A stretch of DNA of 64,000 nt. Origin: a virus (Duplodnaviria > Caudoviricetes). Of this stretch, positions 55,524 to 62,203 are shown piece after piece (position 1 is the stretch's first letter; the number at the start of each line of letters is the position of its first letter). Under the pieces are notes generated by a model that ran no database searches, had not been told where the DNA came from, and was given only the letters and a program-made list of their open reading frames with translations. Position numbers and translations under genes: made by a program. The DNA is taken from IMG/VR virus record IMGVR_UViG_3300045002_000015, positions 8,781 through 72,780 of that record; one strand, 5' to 3'.

Positions 55524-55732
55524 GGGTCGCACCTCTTGCACAGGATCGGGACAGGTGCCCGATGCTCTTTGATATAATCAAACGGCTTTCGACACTGCTC
55601 GCATGAAGCACTTCCCCACGTCACGACTGGCGTTGAGCTTGTCCATGAAAACTGTCCGGGCAGAACGGCGGGGCTGAACACGACATTCCCCACGGTCGTC
55701 GGGTTATCGGCCATGGTCGTTTTGTCGCTCAT
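55520..55732 (-). CDS. Cassette ORF MSDKTT-MADNPTT-, Zn-ribbon-like
   Basis: Two tandem junctions; CEQC and CKRC. Confidence 0.6.
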   Translation of the reverse strand: MSDKTTMADNPTTVGNVVFSPAVLPGQFSWTSSTPVVTWGSASCEQCRKPFDYIKEHRAPVPILCKRCDP

Positions 55733-55998
55733 GCTGATTTTCCGCACTTGATTGTCTTTGCCTCTGGGTGATCGAACGCCATGTGGATTATGCTGCGCAG
55801 CTCACGTTTGATGGCATGATCCAGTTCGACGCCCTCGGTGTAGTCGATGTCGTCTCTCAGGTAGCCACCAAGGCTCAGCATACCGATCAGATCGGATGCC
55901 CAAACTGTCATCTGCTCGTCGTGACAGACAGCTTCGGCGGCAGCCTTCGGTCCGAGGATGACGGTCGTCTGGGAACTGTGCGGTTGATCGTCACTCAT
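55729..55998 (-). CDS. Cassette ORF MSDDQPHSSQTT-
   Basis: Overlap-coupled ORF. Confidence 0.6.
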   Translation of the reverse strand: MSDDQPHSSQTTVILGPKAAAEAVCHDEQMTVWASDLIGMLSLGGYLRDDIDYTEGVELDHAIKRELRSIIHMAFDHPEAKTIKCGKSA

Positions 55999-56173
55999 CG
56001 CTATCGTCTCCATCGTCCAGGCGCCCGCTGCCGCCACACTCGGGGCACTCGCCAGTAGAGCCGCAGAAGTCGCACCCCTCACCATCGCACGCTGGGCATT
56101 CACCAGTCTCAACGCACATAGGACACCGGCCGTCGAAGGCGGCCTCGTAATCCGGCCGCTTGCGCTCAGACAT
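55991..56173 (-). CDS. DnaJ-like Cys-rich zinc-finger miniprotein
   Basis: CPMC..CPACDG..CDFCG..CPECGG. Confidence 0.65.
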   Translation of the reverse strand: MSERKRPDYEAAFDGRCPMCVETGECPACDGEGCDFCGSTGECPECGGSGRLDDGDDSDE

Positions 56174-56246
56174 AGCCGAGGCCCTCGCATGTTGGGCATT
56201 TGGTGATGGTAATGGCGTGGTTGGTCTGAGGGACGTCATTGGCCAT
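56166..56246 (-). CDS. Cassette micro-ORF MANDVPQTN- (26 aa)
   Basis: CPTCEGLG; variant junction. Confidence 0.4.
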   Translation of the reverse strand: MANDVPQTNHAITITKCPTCEGLGYV

Positions 56247-56577
56247 TTGCAAGCTCCCGCACCTTGGCGTTGATAACTTCGCACATGGCGAAGCCGATTG
56301 ATTCAGCTTCACGAATGCGGCCACGAGAATAGGAGCCCTGCTTACCCTCTAAGTCGGTGTCAGCAACGTGTCGCAGAATTTCATCGTCGGCTGTCGCGGC
56401 GCACAGTTCCACAATCTCGTCGCGCACCCAACGCAGGAGATCGATAGCTTGCTGATTGGGTAAGTCGGACACGATCTTAGCTCGAGGTATGTCAATCTCT
56501 GTCAGTGTCGCAGTCACTACTATAACTGACCGGTCAGGGTTGTCATTGTCATTGGCCGTCTGGGAATTGTCATCCAT
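56236..56577 (-). CDS. Cassette ORF MDDNSQTA-NDNDNPDR
   Basis: Shares 26 bp with 53861-53886. Confidence 0.6.
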   Translation of the reverse strand: MDDNSQTANDNDNPDRSVIVVTATLTEIDIPRAKIVSDLPNQQAIDLLRWVRDEIVELCAATADDEILRHVADTDLEGKQGSYSRGRIREAESIGFAMCEVINAKVRELANGQ

Positions 56578-56776
56578 GATTTATCACTCTCCTAGTCCAG
56601 GCAATTGTCGCGGCCACCATGGCTGTGCAATAGAGAAAAGCAAAGAAGCAGACCGCATAAGTCAGCGGCCAACACGGGTAAGCGATGAGCGAGGCCATTG
56701 ACGCGATGATTCCGATACCAGAGCCGATACACACGACGGTCGCATTGTACTCTGTAGCGGTCGTTTTGTCGCTCAT
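56570..56776 (-). CDS. Cassette ORF MSDKTT-, 2-TM membrane protein
   Basis: Two hydrophobic segments. Confidence 0.6.
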   Translation of the reverse strand: MSDKTTATEYNATVVCIGSGIGIIASMASLIAYPCWPLTYAVCFFAFLYCTAMVAATIAWTRRVINHG

Positions 56777-56922
56777 GGTTCATCGTCCTCTATCACTCTA
56801 CGGCAGTGCGGGCAGCGGTCTCCGACCAAATCCGGATCACCTTCCCATCCGCAGCTTTCACAGACCCATGAGCCGCCCTTATGCTCCCAAGGGTCAGGCG
56901 CCTCGGTCGTTTCATCCTTCAT
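56773..56922 (-). CDS. Cassette ORF MKDETT-EAPDPW, Zn-ribbon (cassette B copy 1)
   Basis: CESC and CPHC; second copy at 57252-57403. Confidence 0.65.
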   Translation of the reverse strand: MKDETTEAPDPWEHKGGSWVCESCGWEGDPDLVGDRCPHCRRVIEDDEP

Positions 56923-57118
56923 CTGGTTGATTCTCCCTATTCCATTCCTCAATGGTCTTTGCCTCATTGAAGTAGGCGTGATGGCGCTTATCAATGATGT
57001 CGCGAACACGGTCGGCGAATGGATTGTCCCTGGCGTCCTCAGCAAAGAATGTCGCGTCAAAGATTTCTCGCACGGTTTCCTTCCACGCTGACTCGACAGT
57101 CGTTTTGTTCTCAGACAT
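56912..57118 (-). CDS. Cassette ORF MSENKTT-
   Basis: Overlap-coupled ORF. Confidence 0.6.
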   Translation of the reverse strand: MSENKTTVESAWKETVREIFDATFFAEDARDNPFADRVRDIIDKRHHAYFNEAKTIEEWNRENQPDEG

Positions 57119-57269
57119 CCTGAAGCCCCTTCAACCTATTCGCCTTTACCTCACACGCATGCGCTTCCGCCGAAGCAACGAGCGCTTGCTGACGTAACTG
57201 CACAGCGCGTTCGTAAAGGTAATCAGCGTAGTCTCGCCGTAGGTCAGCTTCGGTCGTCTTGTCGCTCAT
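57111..57269 (-). CDS. Cassette ORF MSDKTT-EADLRR (52 aa)
   Basis: Manual translation; helical. Confidence 0.55.
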   Translation of the reverse strand: MSDKTTEADLRRDYADYLYERAVQLRQQALVASAEAHACEVKANRLKGLQDV

Positions 57270-57415
57270 GGTTCATCGTCCTCTATCTCTCTGTGACAGC
57301 ACGGGCAGCGGTCTCCGACCAAATCCGGATCACCTTCCCATCCGCAGCTTTCACAGACCCATGAGCCGCCCTTATGCTCCCAAGGGTCAGGCGCCTCGGT
57401 GGTTTTGTCGCTCAT
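57266..57415 (-). CDS. Cassette ORF MSDKTT-EAPDPW, Zn-ribbon (cassette B copy 2)
   Basis: Same body as 56773-56922 with a different leader. Confidence 0.65.
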   Translation of the reverse strand: MSDKTTEAPDPWEHKGGSWVCESCGWEGDPDLVGDRCPCCHREIEDDEP

Positions 57416-57587
57416 AGCGGCAGTCTCCGTCCATACAGCGCGCGCAAGAATTGGGACGCTGTCCTGCGCACCACTGCGTTGTCGTCCGCATCCTTGGGCT
57501 GGCCCATGATGCGTAGCATATCGCGAACGTAGTCTTCGGCGTGCCTCAATAATGGCCTGCAATAGCGGTCGTTTGCTCGTCGCTCAC
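57412..57587 (-). pseudogene. Frameshifted copy of cassette A (MSDEQTT-AIAGH, 7-bp deletion)
   Basis: CGATGAG missing relative to 53899-54084, giving an early TGA. Confidence 0.7.
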
Positions 57588-57778
57588 TTGATTCTCCCAC
57601 ATCGCATGCAGCGTTCCTCGTATGGGTTGATCTGTTCCCAATCGTGGCCACCGAAGTCTTCTGCGCACAATCGCTCTCGTGTAGCCTGTCGCATCCCGAA
57701 GCCCGTGAAATGTCGCGGCAGGTTCTGTTGGTACTGATGGATGATCGCAGGTCCGGTGGTTGAGTCCTGGTTAGCCAT
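57584..57778 (-). CDS. Cassette ORF MANQDSTT-
   Basis: C..GHDW..CMRCG. Confidence 0.6.
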   Translation of the reverse strand: MANQDSTTGPAIIHQYQQNLPRHFTGFGMRQATRERLCAEDFGGHDWEQINPYEERCMRCGRIK

Positions 57779-57956
57779 GATTTGCAATCTCCCTGATCTT
57801 GGCCTCCGCTCGAATGAGCGCATTCCACTGCGCCTTGGTCCCGCAGGTTTGCCTCCTCCATTCGCTGAAGTCGCGGGCATTTCCGTCCGTCATCTGGCTA
57901 ATAGCTTCCAGAGCAGCTTGCGCCTCATCCCGCGTAAGTGTCGTTTTCTCGCTCAC
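57771..57956 (-). CDS. Cassette ORF MSEKTT-
   Basis: Helical; overlap-coupled. Confidence 0.6.
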   Translation of the reverse strand: MSEKTTLTRDEAQAALEAISQMTDGNARDFSEWRRQTCGTKAQWNALIRAEAKIREIANHG

Positions 57957-58135
57957 GACATGATCCTCCTAAGTGCGGCTTCGGCCCTCTTCAGACACTC
58001 ACACTCAGCGCCGCATCGACAGGGATCGGGGCATCTGCGGTTCTTGGCTATCTGATCGCGAGCCGATAAGACCCAGCCAATTTCCTCCGCAGTGAAAGCG
58101 GTCGTTCGGTTGCTGCGGTCCTGATGGTCACTCAT
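57953..58135 (-). CDS. Cassette ORF MSDHQDRSNRTT-, Cys cluster
   Basis: CPDPCRCGAECEC. Confidence 0.6.
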   Translation of the reverse strand: MSDHQDRSNRTTAFTAEEIGWVLSARDQIAKNRRCPDPCRCGAECECLKRAEAALRRIMS

Positions 58136-58304
58136 GGTATTTGCTCCACCTCCAATCCGCATATTCTATGTCGGCTGCCGTTGGTTCCCTGCACTCCCAG
58201 ACCGGCATCAATCGGTAAAGTTCCCACACCACAAACATACTGCGGTGTGTGGCTAGAGTGATATGAGACGGGAAATCGTCAGCGGTCGTTTTGTGATCAG
58301 TCAT
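58128..58304 (-). CDS. Cassette ORF MTDHKTT-
   Basis: Overlap-coupled ORF. Confidence 0.55.
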   Translation of the reverse strand: MTDHKTTADDFPSHITLATHRSMFVVWELYRLMPVWECREPTAADIEYADWRWSKYHE

Positions 58305-58491
58305 TCGGATATTCCTCTCTGGCTTCCAGAGCCTCATCGTCCATTCTGTCCTGCAAGCGAGCCAACGCCTCGTGCATCCGTCGTGATGCCTCGCGCTGCT
58401 GGTAAGTCATGCCGTCCCTCTCGATTGCCTGAAGCATCTCAGCCAATTCGCAAAGAGCCTCATCTCGCAGTGTCGTCTCAGCTTTGCTCAT
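58297..58491 (-). CDS. Cassette ORF MSKAETT- (first of array)
   Basis: Start overlaps end of the resolvase-fold gene. Confidence 0.6.
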   Translation of the reverse strand: MSKAETTLRDEALCELAEMLQAIERDGMTYQQREASRRMHEALARLQDRMDDEALEAREEYPND

Positions 58492-59152
58492 TCTGAATCT
58501 CCTTTCGTTTGGCTCTCGCCCGCTTCATTCCAGCCCTATGGGCGATTGCCCATCGTCTAGTGGGTAAGTGCTCTCTAGCTGTCTTCCAGGCCATCGGCTG
58601 CCAGTGGCCACGCTTGGTCTTACGGCCAGCACGGTGCAACAGTTCCTGCAACGTGAACTTGGGGTTTCCCCAGTCCTTCTCAATCAGCTTCACACGGCGC
58701 TTGGTATCGGCCAGCTTCTGTTCGGCAGTAACCTCCCAGCCGGCCCGGCCGGGCTGAACGGCGCCGCGCCGCTTGTCGGCCACGAAGTCTTCCTGGGCTT
58801 GCGCAATTTCGTCGGCACCAGCATCCGGTCCGATCTTCAGGCCGGTATTCAGTGCCACCAGCGTAGCGCCCCGGGCCTTCGCGGCAGCAAGGCAGCGCCC
58901 CAGGTCGCGCAGGTCGAACGCCAGCAGCCCCCAGCAGGCAAAGCGGATCGTCTCATCCCTCGACTGGCGGCCTGTTTGCGCCATCATCTTTCCGCGCCAA
59001 TAAAGCGCCGCAGCGTCCTTCCGCTTACGCTCACCCGGCCTTAGCTCATCCTGGTACTCGGCCTTGGCTTTGCCAGCGGCATCAAGCAACTCCCGCTGGG
59101 CCTCCCAGGTCCAGACCTTGAGGATATTGCTGAGATAGTTGATCTCGGGCAC
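58478..59152 (-). CDS. Divergent serine-recombinase (resolvase)-fold protein with basic C-terminal DNA-binding region
   Basis: Resolvase-like layout (NY..AQRELL..EYQD..R..DETIRFACWGLLAFDLRDL..KARGATLVALNTG); canonical YxRxS and DRLGR not conserved. Confidence 0.6.
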   Translation of the reverse strand: MPEINYLSNILKVWTWEAQRELLDAAGKAKAEYQDELRPGERKRKDAAALYWRGKMMAQTGRQSRDETIRFACWGLLAFDLRDLGRCLAAAKARGATLVALNTGLKIGPDAGADEIAQAQEDFVADKRRGAVQPGRAGWEVTAEQKLADTKRRVKLIEKDWGNPKFTLQELLHRAGRKTKRGHWQPMAWKTAREHLPTRRWAIAHRAGMKRARAKRKEIQNEQS

Positions 59153-59185
59153 TGTGAAAATCTGCTCCGGTCGGCGCTTTTCTGA

Positions 59186-59215
59186 TTGACAAGGTAGCAG
59201 CCTGGGGCATATAAA
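59186..59215 (+). promoter_or_regulatory. Strong sigma70-like promoter facing the right-hand array
   Basis: TTGACA (59186)-N18-TATAAA (59210). Confidence 0.75.
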
Positions 59216-59225
59216 TCAAGCACCA

Positions 59226-59450
59226 ATGACGGACAAGCGAGTGAAACCCCTAGCCCTGGAGGCTCCTATGGCTTCTACTTCCTCTCTTCTCTCCGTCTCT
59301 TTCGCTGACGCCAACGGCGTCTGGTCCGTCTCTCGCTACTTCAACACCATCCGCGCCGCCCGTCGGTGGGCGAAGTGGCTCAGCGGCCATTCTTATGTTC
59401 GTGAGGTGGCGATCCATCGAGGCGGCCAAGGAGGCGAGCGGGTCTCCTGA
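59226..59450 (+). CDS. Small hypothetical protein (likely start 59268)
   Basis: GGAGG RBS before MASTSS. Confidence 0.6.
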   Translation: MTDKRVKPLALEAPMASTSSLLSVSFADANGVWSVSRYFNTIRAARRWAKWLSGHSYVREVAIHRGGQGGERVS

Positions 59451-59497
59451 CCCGCTTTATCTGACAAACGATCAAACCCCTGTATCGGAGGAAACCT

Positions 59498-59683
59498 ATG
59501 AGCGAAGCATTCACACGCAACGATCTGATCGGTCTAGCCGAGTTGTTCAGGCTTGCCGTCCAGACCAATCCTCACGTCATCCCAGGTGTTGTGCCGGTGG
59601 CTCTGTCGCCCGATGACTGCGTGAGGATCGCAGACATTCTCACTGCTGAGATTGAGCGCCGTTGGATGGCGGTCGAGGCGTAG
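59498..59683 (+). CDS. Small hypothetical protein
   Basis: GGAGG RBS after junction. Confidence 0.65.
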   Translation: MSEAFTRNDLIGLAELFRLAVQTNPHVIPGVVPVALSPDDCVRIADILTAEIERRWMAVEA

Positions 59684-59712
59684 GTAGAAAACCCCTGTAT
59701 CGGAGCGGAGCT

Positions 59713-60021
59713 ATGGCCGAAGCTAGCGATCTCTTACGGCGCGTACAAGAGAAGAAAGCAGCGCTGACTGTCGTGACAGACCCCAAGGCCGGCGAGCAGT
59801 GGGGCGAGATGTCGTGGCCTGGCGTATTAGACCAGCCAGCCAGAACTGGACGGCAGATGCTTGAATTCGTGGCGCAGCAATATGGTAAGGTTGGGTGGGA
59901 GATAGGCGACCTCAAGGCGTTCTGGGACGCGTCTCCAACCGGAGAATTGTCCCACGTGTTCGAGTCGTATCAAACGGCATGTATGATCTACGAAGCAGAG
60001 CGTGAGTTGGAAAGCCACTAA
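59713..60021 (+). CDS. Hypothetical protein
   Basis: GGAG RBS after junction; ends TAAACCCC. Confidence 0.65.
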   Translation: MAEASDLLRRVQEKKAALTVVTDPKAGEQWGEMSWPGVLDQPARTGRQMLEFVAQQYGKVGWEIGDLKAFWDASPTGELSHVFESYQTACMIYEAERELESH

Positions 60022-60043
60022 ACCCCGATCTAGGGACGCGAAG

Positions 60044-60256
60044 ATGGTACGGAGCATTGTGATGAGCGGACTGGGGATCACAGTAGGAGCGCATGCCTCG
60101 GAAAGGCGTTCCGCGCAGTTCCTCGCAGAGCTTGAGGAAGTTGAGGGCATGACGCCTGGGCAGCTTCGCGTCGAGTGCCAGAAGATGGCCAAACAAGGCG
60201 GCTTCTCCGGCATGGTCGCGACGTTCGCGCTGGACCGCTACGACAACAAGCGCTGA
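60044..60256 (+). CDS. Small hypothetical protein
   Basis: Bounded by junctions at 60020 and 60256. Confidence 0.55.
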   Translation: MVRSIVMSGLGITVGAHASERRSAQFLAELEEVEGMTPGQLRVECQKMAKQGGFSGMVATFALDRYDNKR

Positions 60257-60264
60257 AACCCCCG

Positions 60265-60504
60265 ATGAGTCCTGAGCGCCTACGCGAGCTGATTGCGATG
60301 ACCGGCCTAGAGCGGCGGGAACTTGCCCGCCTGCTCGGCTATGGCTCCGACAACAGCCTACGCCAGTGCGAGCGAGGGAAGGCGACGCTTCCAGCCGACA
60401 AAGCGAAGTGGCTGGAGGGCTACGCTAAGCTGCGCGCAAGGCATGCGGAACAGATCGCCAAGTGGCTCCAGAAAAATCCGCCGCCCAGCGAAAATAACGG
60501 TTGA
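60265..60504 (+). CDS. XRE-like HTH protein
   Basis: LERRELARLLGYGSDNSLRQCERGKATLP; similar to 14944-15240. Confidence 0.75.
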   Translation: MSPERLRELIAMTGLERRELARLLGYGSDNSLRQCERGKATLPADKAKWLEGYAKLRARHAEQIAKWLQKNPPPSENNG

Positions 60505-60531
60505 CTTCTATGCGCGATGCGCGCATATACT
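60501..60531 (+). promoter_or_regulatory. Internal promoter with palindromic operator
   Basis: TTGACT..TATACT flanking TATGCGC-N5-GCGCATA. Confidence 0.6.
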
Positions 60532-60555
60532 AGGGGCATCAAGACGGAGACGGAC

Positions 60556-60810
60556 ATGGCTATCAATCTTCCGAAGTGGACGGACTGCACCACAGAGCAG
60601 CACATTCGTGCTGGCGCATATCGCGCTGCGGCTGAGCGGCTCGCCATGCTGCACCGGGAATACGTCAGTGCATGCGAGCGTTGGCAGACCGAATGCGCGG
60701 CAGATGGAATCGATCCAGAGCTTGAGCGCGATTACTATGAAATCGATAAGCTGGCTATGCGAAGGAACGCCGCAGAAGCGAACGCAATCGGCTTCGCCAG
60801 CGCTTACTAA
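60556..60810 (+). CDS. Hypothetical helical protein
   Basis: GGAG RBS; ends TAAACCCC. Confidence 0.65.
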   Translation: MAINLPKWTDCTTEQHIRAGAYRAAAERLAMLHREYVSACERWQTECAADGIDPELERDYYEIDKLAMRRNAAEANAIGFASAY

Positions 60811-60852
60811 ACCCCAGTTACCTTCCGGCGCCTCGCGGATCAGGGGCGGAGA

Positions 60853-61110
60853 ATGGAGATGACGAACCATCCGAACCGAAAGAAACCGGTACCTCCTGCG
60901 GTTAAGCGTTACATGCAGGAGTTTGGAGAGACGGAGGCCGATTTCAGGAAATGGTTGGGTATTCAAAGGGATGCCCACAAAGCCATTGCCGACTGCTCTG
61001 ACGCCAATGGTAACCGAATAGGGCTTGTGACATGGGTTGCATACAAAATGGGATGTTCGGCCGCAGCCGCAAAGAGCGCACTAGCATGGGCCGGAATCAT
61101 CGAGACATAA
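60853..61110 (+). CDS. Hypothetical protein with TNHPNR N-terminus
   Basis: Ends TAACCCCC. Confidence 0.65.
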   Translation: MEMTNHPNRKKPVPPAVKRYMQEFGETEADFRKWLGIQRDAHKAIADCSDANGNRIGLVTWVAYKMGCSAAAAKSALAWAGIIET

Positions 61111-61131
61111 CCCCCGAAAGGAAGCCCTCAG

Positions 61132-61392
61132 ATGACCTACGTAGTTCGCGAGATCGAAACCGGGTTCATCATCGTCGGATCACAGGGCGCGCTACTACGC
61201 GATGGTGGTGCTGGCATGAACGGTGAACCGCTGGTCTGGCGTGAGCGCGCTAGGGCAGAGGCCAAGGCTGAGTGGATGAACCGCGTAGTTGCATCGGCCT
61301 TGATGACTAGATCAGAGCGTAGAACACTGCGGAACGAGATCGCCACGAAACATGGCATAAGTGCCGACACTGCACGTGGCCTTCTGAACTGA
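61132..61392 (+). CDS. Hypothetical protein
   Basis: AAGGA RBS after junction. Confidence 0.65.
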   Translation: MTYVVREIETGFIIVGSQGALLRDGGAGMNGEPLVWRERARAEAKAEWMNRVVASALMTRSERRTLRNEIATKHGISADTARGLLN

Positions 61393-61418
61393 CATAAACC
61401 CGATCTTGGAGAAAAGCC

Positions 61419-61598
61419 ATGTGCGGCCCAAGCATCACCCAACTCCTCGCCCGCGAAGGCATCACGCACGAGCGAGATTCCTGGACTGCCAAGGACCATT
61501 GCCACCGCCTTTACGCCAACGGCGAATACATCGGACGCTACGATGCCGCTCAGGCCGTCAAGTTTCTCGAAGCGTTGACCCACGAGAAGCTAACATAA
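61419..61598 (+). CDS. Small hypothetical protein (59 aa)
   Basis: Manual translation MCGPSITQLL..; GGAG RBS; ends TAACCCC. Confidence 0.6.
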   Translation: MCGPSITQLLAREGITHERDSWTAKDHCHRLYANGEYIGRYDAAQAVKFLEALTHEKLT

Positions 61599-61612
61599 CC
61601 CCGGAGAACGAC

Positions 61613-61816
61613 GTGCATCACATCGCCAAGCAGGACGACAAGCTCTACATCTACTCGATGGGCAAACGCCTTCGGGTTACCGCCGTTTTCTCTGACGATG
61701 AATCGGCCAACGCACACATGGCGCGCCATTCCGACGATGCGGTGATCGCCTGCTTTGGCCAGTTCGTATTCCTGGCTAATAAGTATGACCACGGCGAACG
61801 CGCCGCAGTGTCCTGA
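61613..61816 (+). CDS. Small hypothetical protein
   Basis: GGAG RBS plus GTG right after junction. Confidence 0.6.
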   Translation: MHHIAKQDDKLYIYSMGKRLRVTAVFSDDESANAHMARHSDDAVIACFGQFVFLANKYDHGERAAVS

Positions 61817-61838
61817 ACCCCAGTCTAGGAACCCAACA

Positions 61839-62039
61839 ATGACTTTGGATGAAAAGTTTGGCGAGAAGTCTGGTATGACAAAAGAACGGAGATACGAACA
61901 AGTACTGAAGCAAATCGCGGAGGGCAGTGATGCTGTGCCGGCACATGCCTGGAGGTACTTGGCGCACACCACGCTGGGTGAGTTCGGCGTTTCCTCCGAG
62001 TACCGAGAGGATGAGCGCCACCCATGGCCCGAAGACTAA
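61839..62039 (+). CDS. Small hypothetical protein
   Basis: AGGA RBS; ends TAAAACCCC. Confidence 0.6.
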   Translation: MTLDEKFGEKSGMTKERRYEQVLKQIAEGSDAVPAHAWRYLAHTTLGEFGVSSEYREDERHPWPED

Positions 62040-62203
62040 AACCCCGTCCAGCTTACACATACTGCATCTACGAGAAGTCTGAGACCGACTATCGCGTGAT
62101 GCACGGCAACAAGATCGTCAGCCGACACAGCACCGAACAAGAGGCCCGTGCCGCGCTTAAACGCGATTTTTTCAAAGAAACACTAAACCCCGGAGTAGAC
62201 TGA
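62024..62203 (+). CDS. Small hypothetical protein (59 aa) spanning two junctions
   Basis: MARRLKP-RPAYTYCIYEK..ETLNP-GVD. Confidence 0.5.
   Translation: MARRLKPRPAYTYCIYEKSETDYRVMHGNKIVSRHSTEQEARAALKRDFFKETLNPGVD

Larger units (their letters stand above)
53559..58491 (-). repeat. Cassette-like array of 25 overlapping small genes punctuated by in-frame ACGACC-type junctions
   Basis: 22 Thr-Thr junctions plus 2 variants; coordinates given in findings. Confidence 0.85.

Noticed and set aside
53885-57572. Diversity-generating retroelement TR/VR pairs
   Set aside because: Differences between duplicate copies are not adenine-restricted (for example TGC/GAC, CAC/TGC, CGT/CAC), and no reverse transcriptase is in the window.
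53885-57572. Pure assembly artefact explaining the duplicated cassettes
   Set aside because: The copies differ by many clustered substitutions and a 7-bp indel and have precise motif-bound ends, which a collapsed repeat would not produce. Long reads are still needed to exclude a strain chimera fully.
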